From: Eledone cirrhosa
Lineage: Eukaryota
Assembly (NCBI GenBank): GCA_964016885.1
Contig: OZ024740.1
Coordinates: 259,904,001-259,968,000 of the forward strand
Direction: 5' to 3'
Length of the DNA stretch: 64,000 bases
The notes under the pieces are model-generated. The model was not told the DNA's origin, did no database searches, and saw nothing but the letters and a program-made list of their open reading frames with translations. The translations under genes and the position numbers were made by a program. Below are positions 47,238-60,711 of this stretch, piece by piece (position 1 is the stretch's first letter; each line of letters opens with the position of its first letter).

Positions 47238-50200
47238 GGTTTCTTTATTGGCCACAAGGGCTAACATGAAGAAAAACATTACAGACGGCACAGAACGGTA
47301 CAGGACGATACAAAGTGGGTTTTGGTCGGGTAAACAGGTTATAACAAGATAGAAATAAAAATTCAAACAACAAAAATCCCCAAAAAGGGGGAAACCTCCG
47401 AGGGTCACTCGTGGTGAAAACCACACAAAAGACCACGGCCACCCTGACCACCAGAGCAAGCGCCCTCTCTTAGTTTTTCCACTCCTCAGTCTACAGGCGC
47501 ATACTCAGAGCCTGTTCACTCGGACCAGACTCGCAACTTTCACCCACCTTTCAACAAACTTACTAGAAGACAGCACTTGCCTCTCCATTCTGATTTTCCT
47601 CTTCAAGTTAATCAAGGATGGGCCGGAGAGGAAAGCGTCCATCTTCAACCCTTTCAGCCTTGTCCACCACACAATCTCTTTCGCCATGGCCACCAGGCAG
47701 ATGAAAACTGCCTGCCCTTCCTCCTCTTTAAAGGAGGATGGCGGGGCTATCTGCACAATGGACTCAGTCGATAACCAGATCCGTCCTATACGCGACAGCA
47801 GTTGTTCGACATAGCTCCACAAGTCAGCAATCCTCGGGCACTGAACGAGTGCATGCAGGACAGTTTCGTCGTCCTGAGCGTATCTCGGACAGGATCGGCT
47901 GACGACACCTCCGTGTCTGTAGAGCTTATCCCAAACCGGCAACGCTCCCCGTAGCACTGCTAGGCCAGGGATTTCTGGAAGTTGTCCATGGGCCCTGGGT
48001 TGAAAGTTCTCTTGAAAAGAGCAAACAGCTGATTGTCTTCGACACCCAGGGTCTCCCCGAGAACGTCGTCGCTCTTCCCCTCCACTAGTCCTCTATAGAA
48101 CGCCAAGGTGGATGTTGCATCGATACTAGTGCCCAGCTGGTAGAGGGTGGTGAACGCTTGGAAACATTCCAGCTTCCAAGCGCTATCCCTCGGTCTTTTC
48201 CTGATCCAGGACTGCAGCTCCGTCAAGGAGACGAGCTGGGGAAAAGCGCATCTGGCATACGGCAACCACACCTGTTCACCGTCAAGGAAACACCAGAGAT
48301 GTCGCAGCCTCAGTGCATGTTTGCGCATCATCAGCCACGGCATGCCTAGTCCTCCACGTAATGGGTGTGACAGCAGATGGATCGTCTGACCATGGGAGTA
48401 CGTCCCTTCCACAAAAAGCGGAAGAGAAGGTGTTCCATTTTGGTCGGAGTTGGGCGAGGACAAGGTACGACGGTCAGGCGGTAGCAGATGACGGACGCGA
48501 TGTACGCATTTTCCACCTCCACCCGACCTTCCATTTCTGGGTTAGAGAAGCCACACTGCTCATCACGTCGCCCCAGTTTTTCTCCATCTGGAGGTCCGGA
48601 CCGAACCAGACCCCAAGCAATTTAACCGGTCCTTCTGTCCAGCGCCCCACGACGCTGTCGGACGGCATGGACTTGCCTCTCTAGGTGCTGAGTTGCAAGC
48701 CCACCGACTTTTCCTGGTTTATCTTTGCTCCTGTCACCGCTTCGTATTCCTTGAGAGCGGTGCCGAGCATCTGGGCGTGTATGGTGCTCGACAGCACCAC
48801 AGTGATGTCGTCGGCATAAGCTGACACGAATCTCCCACATCCCAGTTCGTGTGGGACATCCCTTATCGTCTCCAATTTGTGCAGTAATGGCTCGAAGGCC
48901 AATACGTACAAGAGGGACGAGAGGGGACAACCCTGGCGGACCGAGCGCATGATGCTGAACGGCTGTGACAGGAGATCATTCACCCTCACAATCATTCATC
49001 GCAGCAATCCACCACTTAAAAACGGGTCCAAAGCCAGGTCCCGATGGTCGACCCTATCAAATGCTTTAGATTGATCCAAGTTGATCAGGGCCCCACCCGT
49101 GCCAGATTCCTTAGCCACCCTCTCTATGATGTATCATATGAGATGGAAGCTGTCGTGGATGGATCTGTCCGGAATGGCGCATGTCTGCGCCTCTCCCACC
49201 AGATCACTGATGACAAGCACCAATCTCTTTGCTAAGACCTTGGCCAAGATCTTAAACTCTGTGTTTAGTAGAGTTATGGGCCTGAAGTTGTCTATAACGT
49301 CCCCTTTGTTCGGGTATTTTCTCAGCAGCGACACCGCTCCCTGGCTCACAAAACTGGGAATGCTCCCATTCTGCTGCCAGTTGCAGTAGCCATCTGCCAA
49401 GAGGTCGCCGAACAAGTCTGGCATATACACAAAGCTCGTAGGGCAGACCATCCAAACCTGGCGATTTACCCCTCGTGCAGTCAGACATCGCTTCCCGTAT
49501 TTCACCTGCTGTTATCGGCCTTTCGCAGAACTGCGCTGCAGTCGTCAAGAGCCACGGAAGTCCGTTGAGGTATGCACCGAAGTCCATACTCCGATCCGGC
49601 CCACTGCCGCTCCCAAACAATTGAGCAAAGTGCTGTTGAAAAGCCGCACACATCTGCTCGGGTTCGAACAATATGCGCCACGTCACGCCTCCACCACCCA
49701 GGCCCATTGAACGGCTTTCATCCCCTTGTGTCTTAGAGCATGCGTTCTAACTCTGACAACGCAGCCGTCATGTTTTGCGTTGAAGAATTGGTCGAGTGGC
49801 AATCTTGCCACAAGCACGTCGGTTGCGATGCCTGTCCTAAATGCCTCTTCTAGCTTTCTAACTCTCCCTCTACTCCATTTTCCTCTATCACTACTCCTTT
49901 GCTAAACCTTATCGATTCTACTCTAATAGCCCTTTTCAGGGTAAACTACCACCTGTTGTTGACGATCACACCCGTCAACGCACGCTTAACTAATTTGCTC
50001 ATCCAGTCTCTGTAAGCTTTGCGCGCCGGGAACAACGCGCTCAGCTTCCAGTAACCGGGCCCTTGCCTATGGAGTCTATCTAAGTCAACTTCACAGATCA
50101 CCAATTTGTAGTCCGTGTAGTCGACTACTTTAAATTGCGGACAGCCTACACTAGCCTTATCTGTTTACCTACAGAATACCCTACCTAATTACGATCTGGA

Positions 50201-52803
50201 TGACCCGATGCGGTTTACCCATGTCCACATTGGCACATTCGGATAATCCAGTCAATAATTGTCACACAGTTCAAAACGTCTGAGCAGGTTGTTGAGGCTT
50301 TTACACCCTCCTCCTCCTCTGTCTACTAACCCCACATAATCCAAGCGTGCATCTAAGATACCGTTCCAGTCACCCACTAACACTAAAGAGCGGGACGTTC
50401 CAAGAAAGGTCTCTAGACGTTCCAAGAAATCTGAAGAAATCTGGCTGTCCTACCCCAGTTGGGGCGTAGACGGCTACTAGCCTGAAAGCATTGCCTTCGC
50501 TGCCGGTCGAGCCTCTCCAAAAAAGCACAGCAACTCCTCCCCCTGATCCTGGACGGCTGGGAGATGTGTATACATCGTAGCCGCCGAAGATCGGTGCGAA
50601 GGCTCGTGCTTCGGAGATTCTGGTCTCACTGATGGCCACCACATCTATGTTTAGTGACCTGAGGTCGTTGAGGAGGTGACCCTGCTTCCAAGATGACTCC
50701 AGGCTACGTACATTTATACTGCCTATTCTAAGTACGGCCATGTTGGATGAGGAACGGAGTAAGTGAGAAAGGATCACTTACCTTGATCGTGTGGGGAAGG
50801 GACAGTAGAACCGCCCCTTCGGCTGGTCATGGGTGTCTCCAAGTGACCCCCTGAAATCCCCAACTGCGTTGAGAAATTTTTGTTTTGATTGTTTGTAATC
50901 TTCGAGTTCAATTTCCATAATGTTAATGTTTTTTGATAATGTTCTTGGTGTTGGTGGGGTATGGTAATTTACGTCTGAAATATCAGTGTGCTGTTTTATA
51001 TGTTCCATTAGTCCTTGGTGTGCAATGTTTATGGCTGTGTACTTTTTTTTTGGGGGGGGAGGGGAGGGTGGTTGCTGTTTTCTTGTTGTTTCTGTTGAGT
51101 GTGTGTGCTTTGTTATGTTTGCAATGTTGGTGTTTTTGGTGATGCTAGTGGTAGTGTGGTTGTTGGTGGTGATGCTTGTGGTGGTGATGGTGTTGCTGCA
51201 AGCCGCCTTGCAGCCTTTACCCTTCTTTGTTTGTTCTTGCTTTTGCAGGGCAAAGCTAAGTGGTTCTTTCGTTTTTGATTTTTGTGGCAGACCTCTTGCC
51301 ACTTCACTCCCACCTCATAATCCATGTCGGATTCCGTGACATCTGGGAGGGGTATGAGCTCCACGGCTGTTGGTGATGGTAGTGGAGCCCGCTACGGCGA
51401 TTTTGTCGCTGGTGTAGCTACTGCGACTGTTGGTGTTGCCGCCACTGCTGCCGCTGTTTTAGTTGTCCGTGGTCTTGGTATGCGTGCCACGGACGTTGCC
51501 CTCATACTCACCATGGAAGGTTCTTCTGCCTCTGTTGCCTGCCCTGCTCTTGGTAGCAGCGGATCAAGTGTCGGATCAGGCTGTCTTCAGCGGACAGAAG
51601 GCCCCGAGGTGACCCTTCTGCCCGCAGAGATAGCACTTTGAATGCCTTCCTTCCACGCTTATTGGGAGTTGGAGTCGTTCCTCGAGGTCTATGATATCTG
51701 GGATGGCCTCGATGCACTCCTGGTCAGTTTGTACAGACACAGCCAGCCAAGGTATGGGCACATCGGGTGGAACCTGGGTCACTTTGACCCTCACAATTTT
51801 CTGCCCGCAGTAGGAGGGCACCAAGACTATCTCCTCACTCTTTAGGGTTTCCAAAGAGTGAGACTTCACCTCTTGGAGGGTGGCACAAAGTACGTCTACT
51901 GTGGCATACTTTTTGCCTCGGGTGATGTGGGTTTTGCACATCCAGACGCACCTCAAGGCCTTTTGGATTTGAGCCTCCGTGGTGCTCTCCACCCGATGTG
52001 ACATTTTGCTTACGGTGCGGTAAGACACCGTGCATACCTGCTGGATCTTGAAAAAAATTGGGTGGAGGTTTCAGGGAAACTCTATTGTCATTTCTTGTCA
52101 TCATGGCTCTTGCGACTGCCATCTCCTCCTCCGTGACTAGCACTGTCTCTATATTTCGGGCCACACCTGCGAAAGAAGTGGCCCCTTTTTCAGCGGCACT
52201 ATTATTGCTGCCGCTACTGGTCTTGTTGTTGGTGCTGTTGCTGTTGCTACTGCTACAAATGGTGTTGTTGGTGTTATTGCTGTTATCACTGTTGTAGTTG
52301 GTTGTGTTTTCGGTGCAATTTGTAATATTGCTGTTGGTGTTGTCGTTGTTTATTTTCTTGTTAGTGGTGTTAATATCGTTGTTGCATTTGTTGTAATTTT
52401 TTTCTGTTGTCTGTATTTTGGATGTTGCTATTATTGTTGTAGTTGGTGTGGTAATTTTTTTTAAATTAGTGTTGTCAGTGTTGTTGTCATTGCTGTCTTT
52501 GTTCACGTTGTTTGTTGTATCAATTTCTGTAACCCTCTTAACTTTTACGTCTTTGTCACACGACAGCAGACATATTGCTGGGGGGGGGGGGGCATGACTC
52601 AGCCATGATTTTTTTTTTTTAATTTTTAGAAGTAAAATGTTCAAATATTTGGGTCAAAAGGCCCAAATATTATACTTTCCCCCTTCACAGGGCAAAGTCC
52701 AAGGGCTTATATCCTTTACACAACAAGAAAAATTTAACAAATAATTATAACAGGTAAATAAAGCGACTTACTGAGAGCAAGCAAAAAGACATCCAAACAG
52801 ACC
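47238..52803 (-). mobile_element. near full-length decayed L1/Tx1-clade LINE flanked by (AAT)n
   Basis: ORF1 with CCHC knuckle CYLCGQKGHLGAFC; ORF2 from 50741 with RIGSINVRSL/ISETR, KSPGLDGLPYE, FRPITLLNTEFKILAK, VRQGCPLS, AYADD, C-terminal CPR..ETVLHALVQC; AATAAA before (ATT)n. Confidence 0.9.
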
Positions 52804-52825
52804 AATAATAATAATAATAATGATA

Positions 52826-54290
52826 ATTGTTTCTACTTTTGGCACAAAGCCAGCAATTACCCAGTACATTTCTGGGACTTTATTTTATCGACCCCGTAAG
52901 GATGAAAGGCAGTTTCTAATTTAAGCAGGTCACCAGTTGGAGGGGGGGGGGGGGTTATATCAACCCCATTACTTGGCTGGTACTTTACTTTAACTCAAGA
53001 AAGATGAAAAACAAAGTTGACATTTGCAGGATTTGAACTCAGACTGTAAAGGGCCAAAATTAAGTGCTGCCATGCATTTCATTCAATGCTCTAACGATTC
53101 TGTCAATGATAATAGTTCTTTCTACTTTTGGAAAAAGGCCAACGATTTGAAGGGGAACAGAAAGTGGATTGAATCGACCCCAGTGTTTACTGGAGCTTTA
53201 TTTTATTGACCCTGAATGGATGAAAGACAAAGCTAACCATACCGGGATTTTAACTAAGAACGCGAAAGTCAATAACTATATGCAGCAAAACATGTTGTCT
53301 GACACTACCAATTCTACTGTCAATCAACTGTCCTCCAATAGTAATAATAAACAGTGTCAGCAATAATTGGAGCACTAGGTATGATAAAAAAAATATGAAC
53401 AATGAACTAGAAGCCATACCAAGGCTCAACACTACACACTATTCAAAAATTACTTCTGCTAGGGATTGCCCACATTGTGTGCTAGACATTACCGATTCAG
53501 TAACACAACCCAAACAGAACAATCTTCACTCACTATACAATAAACAACCAATAAAACAACACAACTCACACAACATATACTCTACACTAATACCAAATAA
53601 AACACAACAAATACATGGAGGCACATGGCTTAGTGGTTAGAGCATTGGCCTTGCAATCGAAAGGTTGTGAGTTCAATTCTCAGACCAGCTGATGTGTTGT
53701 TCCCTTGAGCAAGACACTTTATTTCACATTGCTCCAGTTTACTCAGCTGTAGAAATGAAATGATAGGGACTGGGGTCCATATCATTCCATTGCAAAGTGG
53801 TCGTGGAGGTGCCACGGCAAAAAAGCACCCAACACTCACTGTAAATGAGGTTGGTGTTAGGAAGGACATCTAGCTGTAGAAATCCAGCCAGCATCAGTTC
53901 CCGTCCCACCCTTGCAAGCAGGGAAAAAGCGGACGTAAAATGAAATGATGAAATGATGATGAAATACAACATATACTGTACATTAATACCCAATAAAACA
54001 ACATAACTCACAACATATACTCTACAAGATTAATTCTCAATAAAATCCATATACAAAAGAGCTGGAGCAAAGCCCACAAAGGACTGAAGCAAAGCCCACA
54101 AAGGGCATCTCATTCAATGTTCTAACAATTCCACTTCTCTGCTTTCCCAGACCGGTACTTTATTTTATTAACCCATCAAAAGGATTAAAAGCAAAGTTGC
54201 TCTTGTAGGATTTGAACTCGTAGCCAGAACAAATACCACAAGACATTTAGTTCTACATCCCCAAAAAAATAAACTGTCAATTTGCCACCT
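52826..54290 (-). mobile_element. cluster of decayed SINE family 2 fragments (52826-52911, 52960-53105, 53170-53335, 54150-54290)
   Basis: Repeated TTTATTTTATCGACCCC..GATGAAAGGCAAAGT..GGATTTGAACTC motifs; more copies at 61660-61735 and 63100-63242. Confidence 0.75.
53617..53961 (+). mobile_element. SINE family 1: tRNA head + CORE-like domain + RTE-C 3' tail
   Basis: Box A TGGCTTAGTGG, box B GAGTTCAATTC, CCTTGAGCAAGACACTT...CAGTTTACTCAGCTGTAGAAATG, then 53792-53890 near-identical to the RTE 3' UTR; possible TSD AAATACA. Confidence 0.85.
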
Positions 54291-55204
54291 AATTTCATTG
54301 TAGAGTGGTTTGCTATCAGTAAATATATTTAACTGTAAAAGACTTAGTACATCAATTCCTCATTGCTATTATAGAATCTACAAATGGCTGAATAGCTATA
54401 AAGTATAGGAAATTAGTGAGATCCATGTCAATTTATTGAAAACCTTTTATCGATTCTTATGGTGTAACCAAGATTTTTGACATAGCTTCAATTAGAATCA
54501 AATTTGATTTTTGTATTTTTTATTCAGGTTAGAAAATTTCTTCAAAGCACAGTCAATAGTCTGAGATGTTAAGCTAGTGACGTAAATAGTAGTCTGCTGT
54601 TCGGAATTTCTTTCATTGCATTTGAAAACTAAGCGTAGCACTTTACTGGAAGGAAGAGAACACTTGTGTTATAAATGTACTTAATCAACTTGTCACTTTG
54701 TCGAACTTTCTTACCTTGAGTGAACATGATTGAAGCTTGCTATTGATACACCTACAACTGGTGATGCTTGCTGATGTCATCTTCTATCTTAATTGAGTCA
54801 AAAGATACCCTTTTGTTTGTTTGGTTTTACTGTTTAGTCGGAGAGGGGGGGTGTAGCACGCATGACCCCCTTTCAAGGCTTCTGAGAATAGTGGGAGTGA
54901 TGGGGGGAGGAAGGTGTCTTTAAACTGGAGACCTAACCCAAATGCTTCCAACAGAGTGAACTTCCTGCTGAAAGCACTCAATGGGCAGGTAGAAGTGTTA
55001 AACCTGAGTGACAGATTAAGTTTACCACCCAAGTGGGTCATAGCAAAATTTGAACTGAGAAATTAAGTTTGGATTGGCATCAGGCTGAGCAACCAACCAT
55101 AGAAAACCTGCCACAAATGTCTTAACCCAACCCATGAAAGCAAGGGGAAAAAAAAAAGATGTAAAAAGTATGTTATAATTTAGGTGGTGTAGTTAGAGTA
55201 GTTA

Positions 55205-55290
55205 CCGTATAAATTTGTAAATTAGCAGAGAAATATCTGACAAAAAATGAAATGGTAAAATGGTGGGGTCGGCTTATATTCAAGGTCAAT
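55205..55290. mobile_element. Tc2/pogo-like terminal remnant upstream of the 30-bp array
   Basis: TA-CCGTATAAAT... and GGGGTCGGCTTATA motifs; partner end not found. Confidence 0.4.
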
Positions 55291-55344
55291 ATTTTGCTGA
55301 TTTTCACCAACTTCAAATTCTGCGTAAATGATGTGCTAAAATAC

Positions 55345-56048
55345 TTTCACTCTGGAAGTGAATATTACACCGGTTTCACCTTCGGAGGTGAATATTACAT
55401 CGGTTTCACCTTCAGAGGTGCATATTACACTGGTTTCACCTTCAGAGGTGCATATTACACTGGTTTCACCTTCAGAGGTGAATATTACATCGGTTTCACC
55501 TTCAGAGGTGCATATTACACTGGTTTCACCTTCAGAGGTGCATATTACACTGGTTTCACCTTCAGAGGTGAATATTACACCGGTTTCACCTTCGGAGGTG
55601 AATATTACATCGGTTTCACCTTCAGAGGTGCATATTACACTGGTTTCACCTTCGGAGGTGAATATTACACCGGTTTCACTTTCAGAGGTGAATATTATAC
55701 CAGTTTCACTTTGGAGGTGAATATTACACCGGTTTCACCTTCAGAGGTGAATATTACACCGGTTTCACCTTCAGAGGTGAATATTACACCGGTTTCACCT
55801 TCAGAGGTGAATATTACACCGGTTTCACCTTCAGAGGTGAATATTACACTGGTTTCACTTTCAGAGGTGAATATTACACTGGTTTCACCTTCAGAGGTGA
55901 ATATTACACTGGTTTCACTTTGGAGGTGAATATCACACCGGTTTCACCTTCAGAGGTGAATATCACACTGGTTTCACCTTCAGAGGTGAATATTACACCA
56001 GTTTCACTTTGGACGTGAATATTTCACCGGTTTCAGTTTGGAAGTGAA
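55345..56048. repeat. 30-bp palindromic minisatellite, ~23 copies
   Basis: Unit AATATTACACCGGTTTCACCTTCAGAGGTG containing hairpin TTCACCT-TCAG-AGGTGAA. Confidence 0.95.
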
Positions 56049-57029
56049 TTTTCTATTGTTTTTTTATGTTTTGAATGAATATAGCCTTCAAAACAGTCGG
56101 AAATTGGTAAAAAAAATAATTACATAATAGAATTGTGTAACAAAAACTACACTCTGAACAACACTTAAAATATTTTAAATATCAAAATATCAAAACTGCA
56201 AAAATATAAACTCCACTCTTGAGAATTTCAAACATGTTGATTACCTGCCATGGTATATGACACTGATGATGATGACTTACACACACACACCAGCTCATGT
56301 TAATCTTTAGTTGACAAACTGGTGATTAGTTTCATACACATACAAACACACATTCCTAAACGCATTTCTACACACATGCAAACATATATGCACACATGCA
56401 CACATTACCATACATACGTTCACACACATTCCCACATACATGTTCACACACATTCCCACATATATGTTCACACACATGCCCATATACATGTTCACACACA
56501 TGCACACAAATTCCCACACACATGTTCACACACCTTTGTGTAATTAACTGAAATATCACATAAAATATCTCATTATCTTCCATGAGATAAACCTGATATG
56601 AGATTGAATATCAAACTATGGAACATCACTAATTAAAAATCATTAATATCACTCACACACACACACACTAGCATCTATGCTACTTCCCTTGGGTTCTTGT
56701 TGGTCTTAAACATTTCAATGATTCTTCAGTATTGTTGAGTATATAACAACTTCTCTAGTCATAATAAAAAGTGGGGTACTGTAGTGGCATATGGTGTTTC
56801 TAAGGCATTTTAAAACCTAGCAGAGCCCATCCCCTCTCTAGGGCTGAAATCAGCAGATTTCTTTCAGAGGAGACAGAGTGAGAGAATTGAAGTCAGAAAG
56901 AGATACAGAGGGCAGAGCATAAGTTTGGAAGCAAATAAAAATGCTTTTAATAACAAAACTACTAAGTTTATTAACCAGCAACATATATGTAATTATAAAT
57001 AAATATCTTTAGAATATAATGTGTAGAGT

Positions 57030-58009
57030 TTATTCAAAATGACCTCCCTCGTGTAGCAATAATAGCCTCTAACCTCCGTCGAACATCTTTCACTGAAGCA
57101 CGCAATATTTCTTGAGGAATTTCTTTTGAAGCGCTCAATAAAGATACCTTTAAATCAAGGATAGACCATACTGAAAAGTCCATAGGGTTTAAATTATGTG
57201 ATCAAAGAGGCCATGTTTCTTTCGACCAGAACCTGAGAAGATGGTCTCTGCACCAAGATTGTGTGACATTTGCTGTATGGGAAGTAGCTCCATCCTGTTG
57301 GAAGATCCACAAGTAATCATTGCCAAAATGATTAGTTGCAAAAGCAAGCATAGGCTCCAGAATACTGTTTATGCAAGTTAGGAAGCTGATTTTTGTCCAC
57401 AAAAATGACAGGAGACCTCCAAGATGATGAAACAGCCACCAGACCTTAACATAAGCTGATTTCATTGTATAGAATACAGATTTTCTGTCAACACTGAATG
57501 CTAATGCTTTTTACTAATGACCCAATCATTTCTTTGGTTGTGTGTCTGCTCAACAGTGAAAATCTGTTCATCTGACCAGACAATTTTCCCCGCCATGCCA
57601 CATTTCATTTCTTGAAGCTAATTCTTGCTTCTCCCTAGCCTTTTTTTGTCTTGTCTTTTCAAAAAGGGTTCGTCTCTTCTGATGGGTGAAGGAAGATACT
57701 CATAAGTCATCATTGACGATCCTTCTCATTGTCCTAGGGCTTACTCAAACCTCTTGCCATTTTTTTCATGTACCTTTTCAGATTTATTCTTATCCTTTCT
57801 CGAAAGGCTTTAATTAAAGTTGGAGTCCATTTAGTTCGCAGTCTTCCACTGCTGGGTCTACCTGACAAATCTTGCTCCTTAAACCACTTCACAGCTTTCC
57901 AAGCAGTAGATCTAGCAACCGAAAGTAACTTTGCAATATCTGAATCTGACCTCCCTGTGCAATGAAGTTTGAGTACTATTTTTATTGACCTCAAATGGTT
58001 GAACGGCAA
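57030..58009 (-). pseudogene. Tc1/mariner DD37D (maT-type) transposase pseudogene
   Basis: HTH (IAKLLSVARSTAWK...RPSSGRLR), VWSDE, FQQDGATSH...WPL*SHNLNPMDFSVW with 37 residues between the 2nd and 3rd Asp; stops, frameshifts and deletions. Confidence 0.88.
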
Positions 58010-59629
58010 AGTTGATAATACACAAGGCTAAAGCCAGATTCCACCTTATACCAACTTGGAATAGCTAGTAAAATGGATTCAAGAGTTGCACAAAGCTAGG
58101 GATATTTTACTCATTCATCCAATTATACCCAATTCCTTTAAATGTGAACATAGACTTACTTCAAGATCTAAAGTCATTTCAATAAATTCTTTAAATCTTA
58201 ATGTCTTGTAAATGAAACCATTTTAAGAAAGCACAAAATAGCCCCATGATTGCACCACATGAAAAATTAAAGTCTTTCCTGTAATACTGTAAATCTTTAC
58301 AATAATCTGCCCATTAGTAAAGGTACTACAAACATTTCAATTGACAAACCTGGTTTAGATATTTTCTGCTAAATCATTAAATGATATTAAGAGTTAAGAA
58401 AAGTATCTAAATTTGCACTTACCATTTTAATATCAAATGAAGTTAATAGTGTCAAGAATATAATGATAATGATGAAGACAGTGGTGACACCGACGACAGC
58501 GATGATAGTAGTGATGATGACAAAGATGATAATGACGATGACAACGATAGTGGTGACAACGGTGATAGTGGTGATGATGAGGACAATGATAGTGATGTCA
58601 ATGATGATGACGTTTATGAGGACAATGATGATTAAGTTAATTAGTGATCTAAACCATTTGCAACTTGTATCAACTTGTTTGATAGACAAGGAAGTTTATT
58701 CAGGAGAAACTGAGATGGGAGTCAATATAAAAAATAAAGAAATAATTTATAGAAAAAACAACAAAACAAAAGAGAAACAAACAAACAAGGAAATGTTTTT
58801 AAATACATGATGAACAAATAATAAATAGAACTGAACAAGAACGAGCTGCTTCATGGTCACTTGGCCTGCGAGAAATCAAAGACCCTTATCTAATGAAAAA
58901 CACTGTATTTCAATGAATTAATTTAGAATTTTACTAAAATTAATTAAGATAGTAACTTAACATATGGTCCTTATATAAAATTATGTTGGAAGATTTTAAT
59001 TTAAATAGGAACCCTTTAAAACATGGTTATGTTTCATAGAACCAGAAGCAGTTTGGGCTGGGCTGGTATCAAAAAGAAGAACACATTGGATAATGTAGTC
59101 CTAGCTACACAGTGTGTGAAATAAAGATGGGATAGTCACTACTGGATTATCATTGATAATAGGTTGACTTGATCAAGGTTGATCTAGGCCTTAAGTGTAA
59201 GAACTTGAGATATTTATATGTTACACTCTATATACAAGTTATGTAATATACACATTATATTAGAGATATTCTTCCTCTTTACCCACTTATTCTTGGGAGG
59301 ATTATGGTGGCAGATTCCTCAAACACGCTTTCAGATGGGTCCTGTCAGAAGCAACTGTCTCCAATTGATCATGCTAGATCCCCAAAGACCAGCTGAACAC
59401 ATGAATGTTATCAAACTATCTTGCTCAGGTTCTAACCCTGGGCCTCCTGCCGGTTGGTATTGTCCATAAAATCTATCCTGTGATTCTTTCCTGAGACATT
59501 CTAACCACAAGTCCATAATATTGGAGCTGTGATCTCTCAATTCGGAAAGTAGTGGCTATACCTGGAGTGACTCTCTGATCTCCAAGCTATGCACTCTATC
59601 AAGTAACGTTACTCCAAAGACCCATCAGA

Positions 59630-59910
59630 GGAACACCATTTCAGCCACTTGTATTCGTGACCATATTCTTTTACCTATGGTCAAGATTCATGACCATAGG
59701 TAAGAGTAGGCACAAACACTGAATTGAAGATAGCAAGTTTAGCTTTTACACCTACCTCCCTTCTTCTGATTACTAAATGCTGAAGCTGGTGCATTACTGC
59801 ACCAGCTCCTGCAATTCTTGCATTTAATTCAACCTCCTGCCTTCCATCACTCATTAAACATGGCCCTATCATACACAAACTTCTCCACCTGCTTCAGTGA
59901 AACTCCATTC
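59630..59910 (-). pseudogene. RTE-clade LINE post-RT fragment (another family)
   Basis: DGRQEVELNARIAGA...KAKLAIFNSVFVPTLTYGHES. Confidence 0.8.
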
Positions 59911-60374
59911 ATGTGTAGAATGCACTGTGCAGGCTAGTATTATGATAAAATACACCACATAAATACTGTAAATTGGTTGATAACAACAGGAATCCAGTCA
60001 TAGAAACCATGCCAAAACTGGAAAGTATTTGTGAGACATAGGCTTCTAGTCGATCTAAACATATACTGAGTGAATGCCCAGATCTATGCCCACATGAGAA
60101 TATGGACCTCACACACCCTAATCCCACCACCATAAGCTAGTTTCAATACTTGGGTGGAAGGGACATCAAATTATTGTAGCTGTCTCATACATAAGAAGAA
60201 GCCCATCTGATAGGACAATCACTGATTAAGTTCTCACGTGGTCTGTAATGACATGTCCATCACATGCCAGCACGGGAAAGCAGCCCCCCTCTATGCAAGT
60301 TTAGCTGACCTCTTATGACGTTACATTTCAAAGGAGGCGTTATAATGAGAGGAAACCCAGTCCTACCATGAAAA

Positions 60375-60475
60375 ACATGAAATGAAGTGTTTAGTTCAAG
60401 AATACATGTTACCTGGTCCAAGAATCAAACCCACAACTTTATGAGTCCAACACCCTAACAACTAGGCATGCCTAC
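60375..60475 (-). mobile_element. SINE family 1 head fragment
   Basis: Reverse complement resembles 53617-53725. Confidence 0.55.
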
Positions 60476-60711
60476 ATTTCAGCAGCTGTGGATGGAAACC
60501 TGATGCTTTACTAGTCAGCCTGGTGATAAATACATAATAGGAAATAATATTTTCAGAAGTAGTATATCAAACATATTTGCCATCCATACCAAACTGTCAG
60601 AATAGGGCAATATATAACAAAAACAACAGTAACAACAATTTCTTTTATTGTCCAAAAGGGAAGATGATGGGGGGGGGGCATTACAAGGATGTAAAATAAA
60701 AACAAATGCAA

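Noticed and set aside
53617-53690. tRNA gene
   Set aside because: Has A/B boxes but no cloverleaf; continues into SINE body with many decayed copies
55252-55929. 225-aa GEYYTGFTFR repeat protein
   Set aside because: Translation of the 30-bp array; 29-bp units shift the frame
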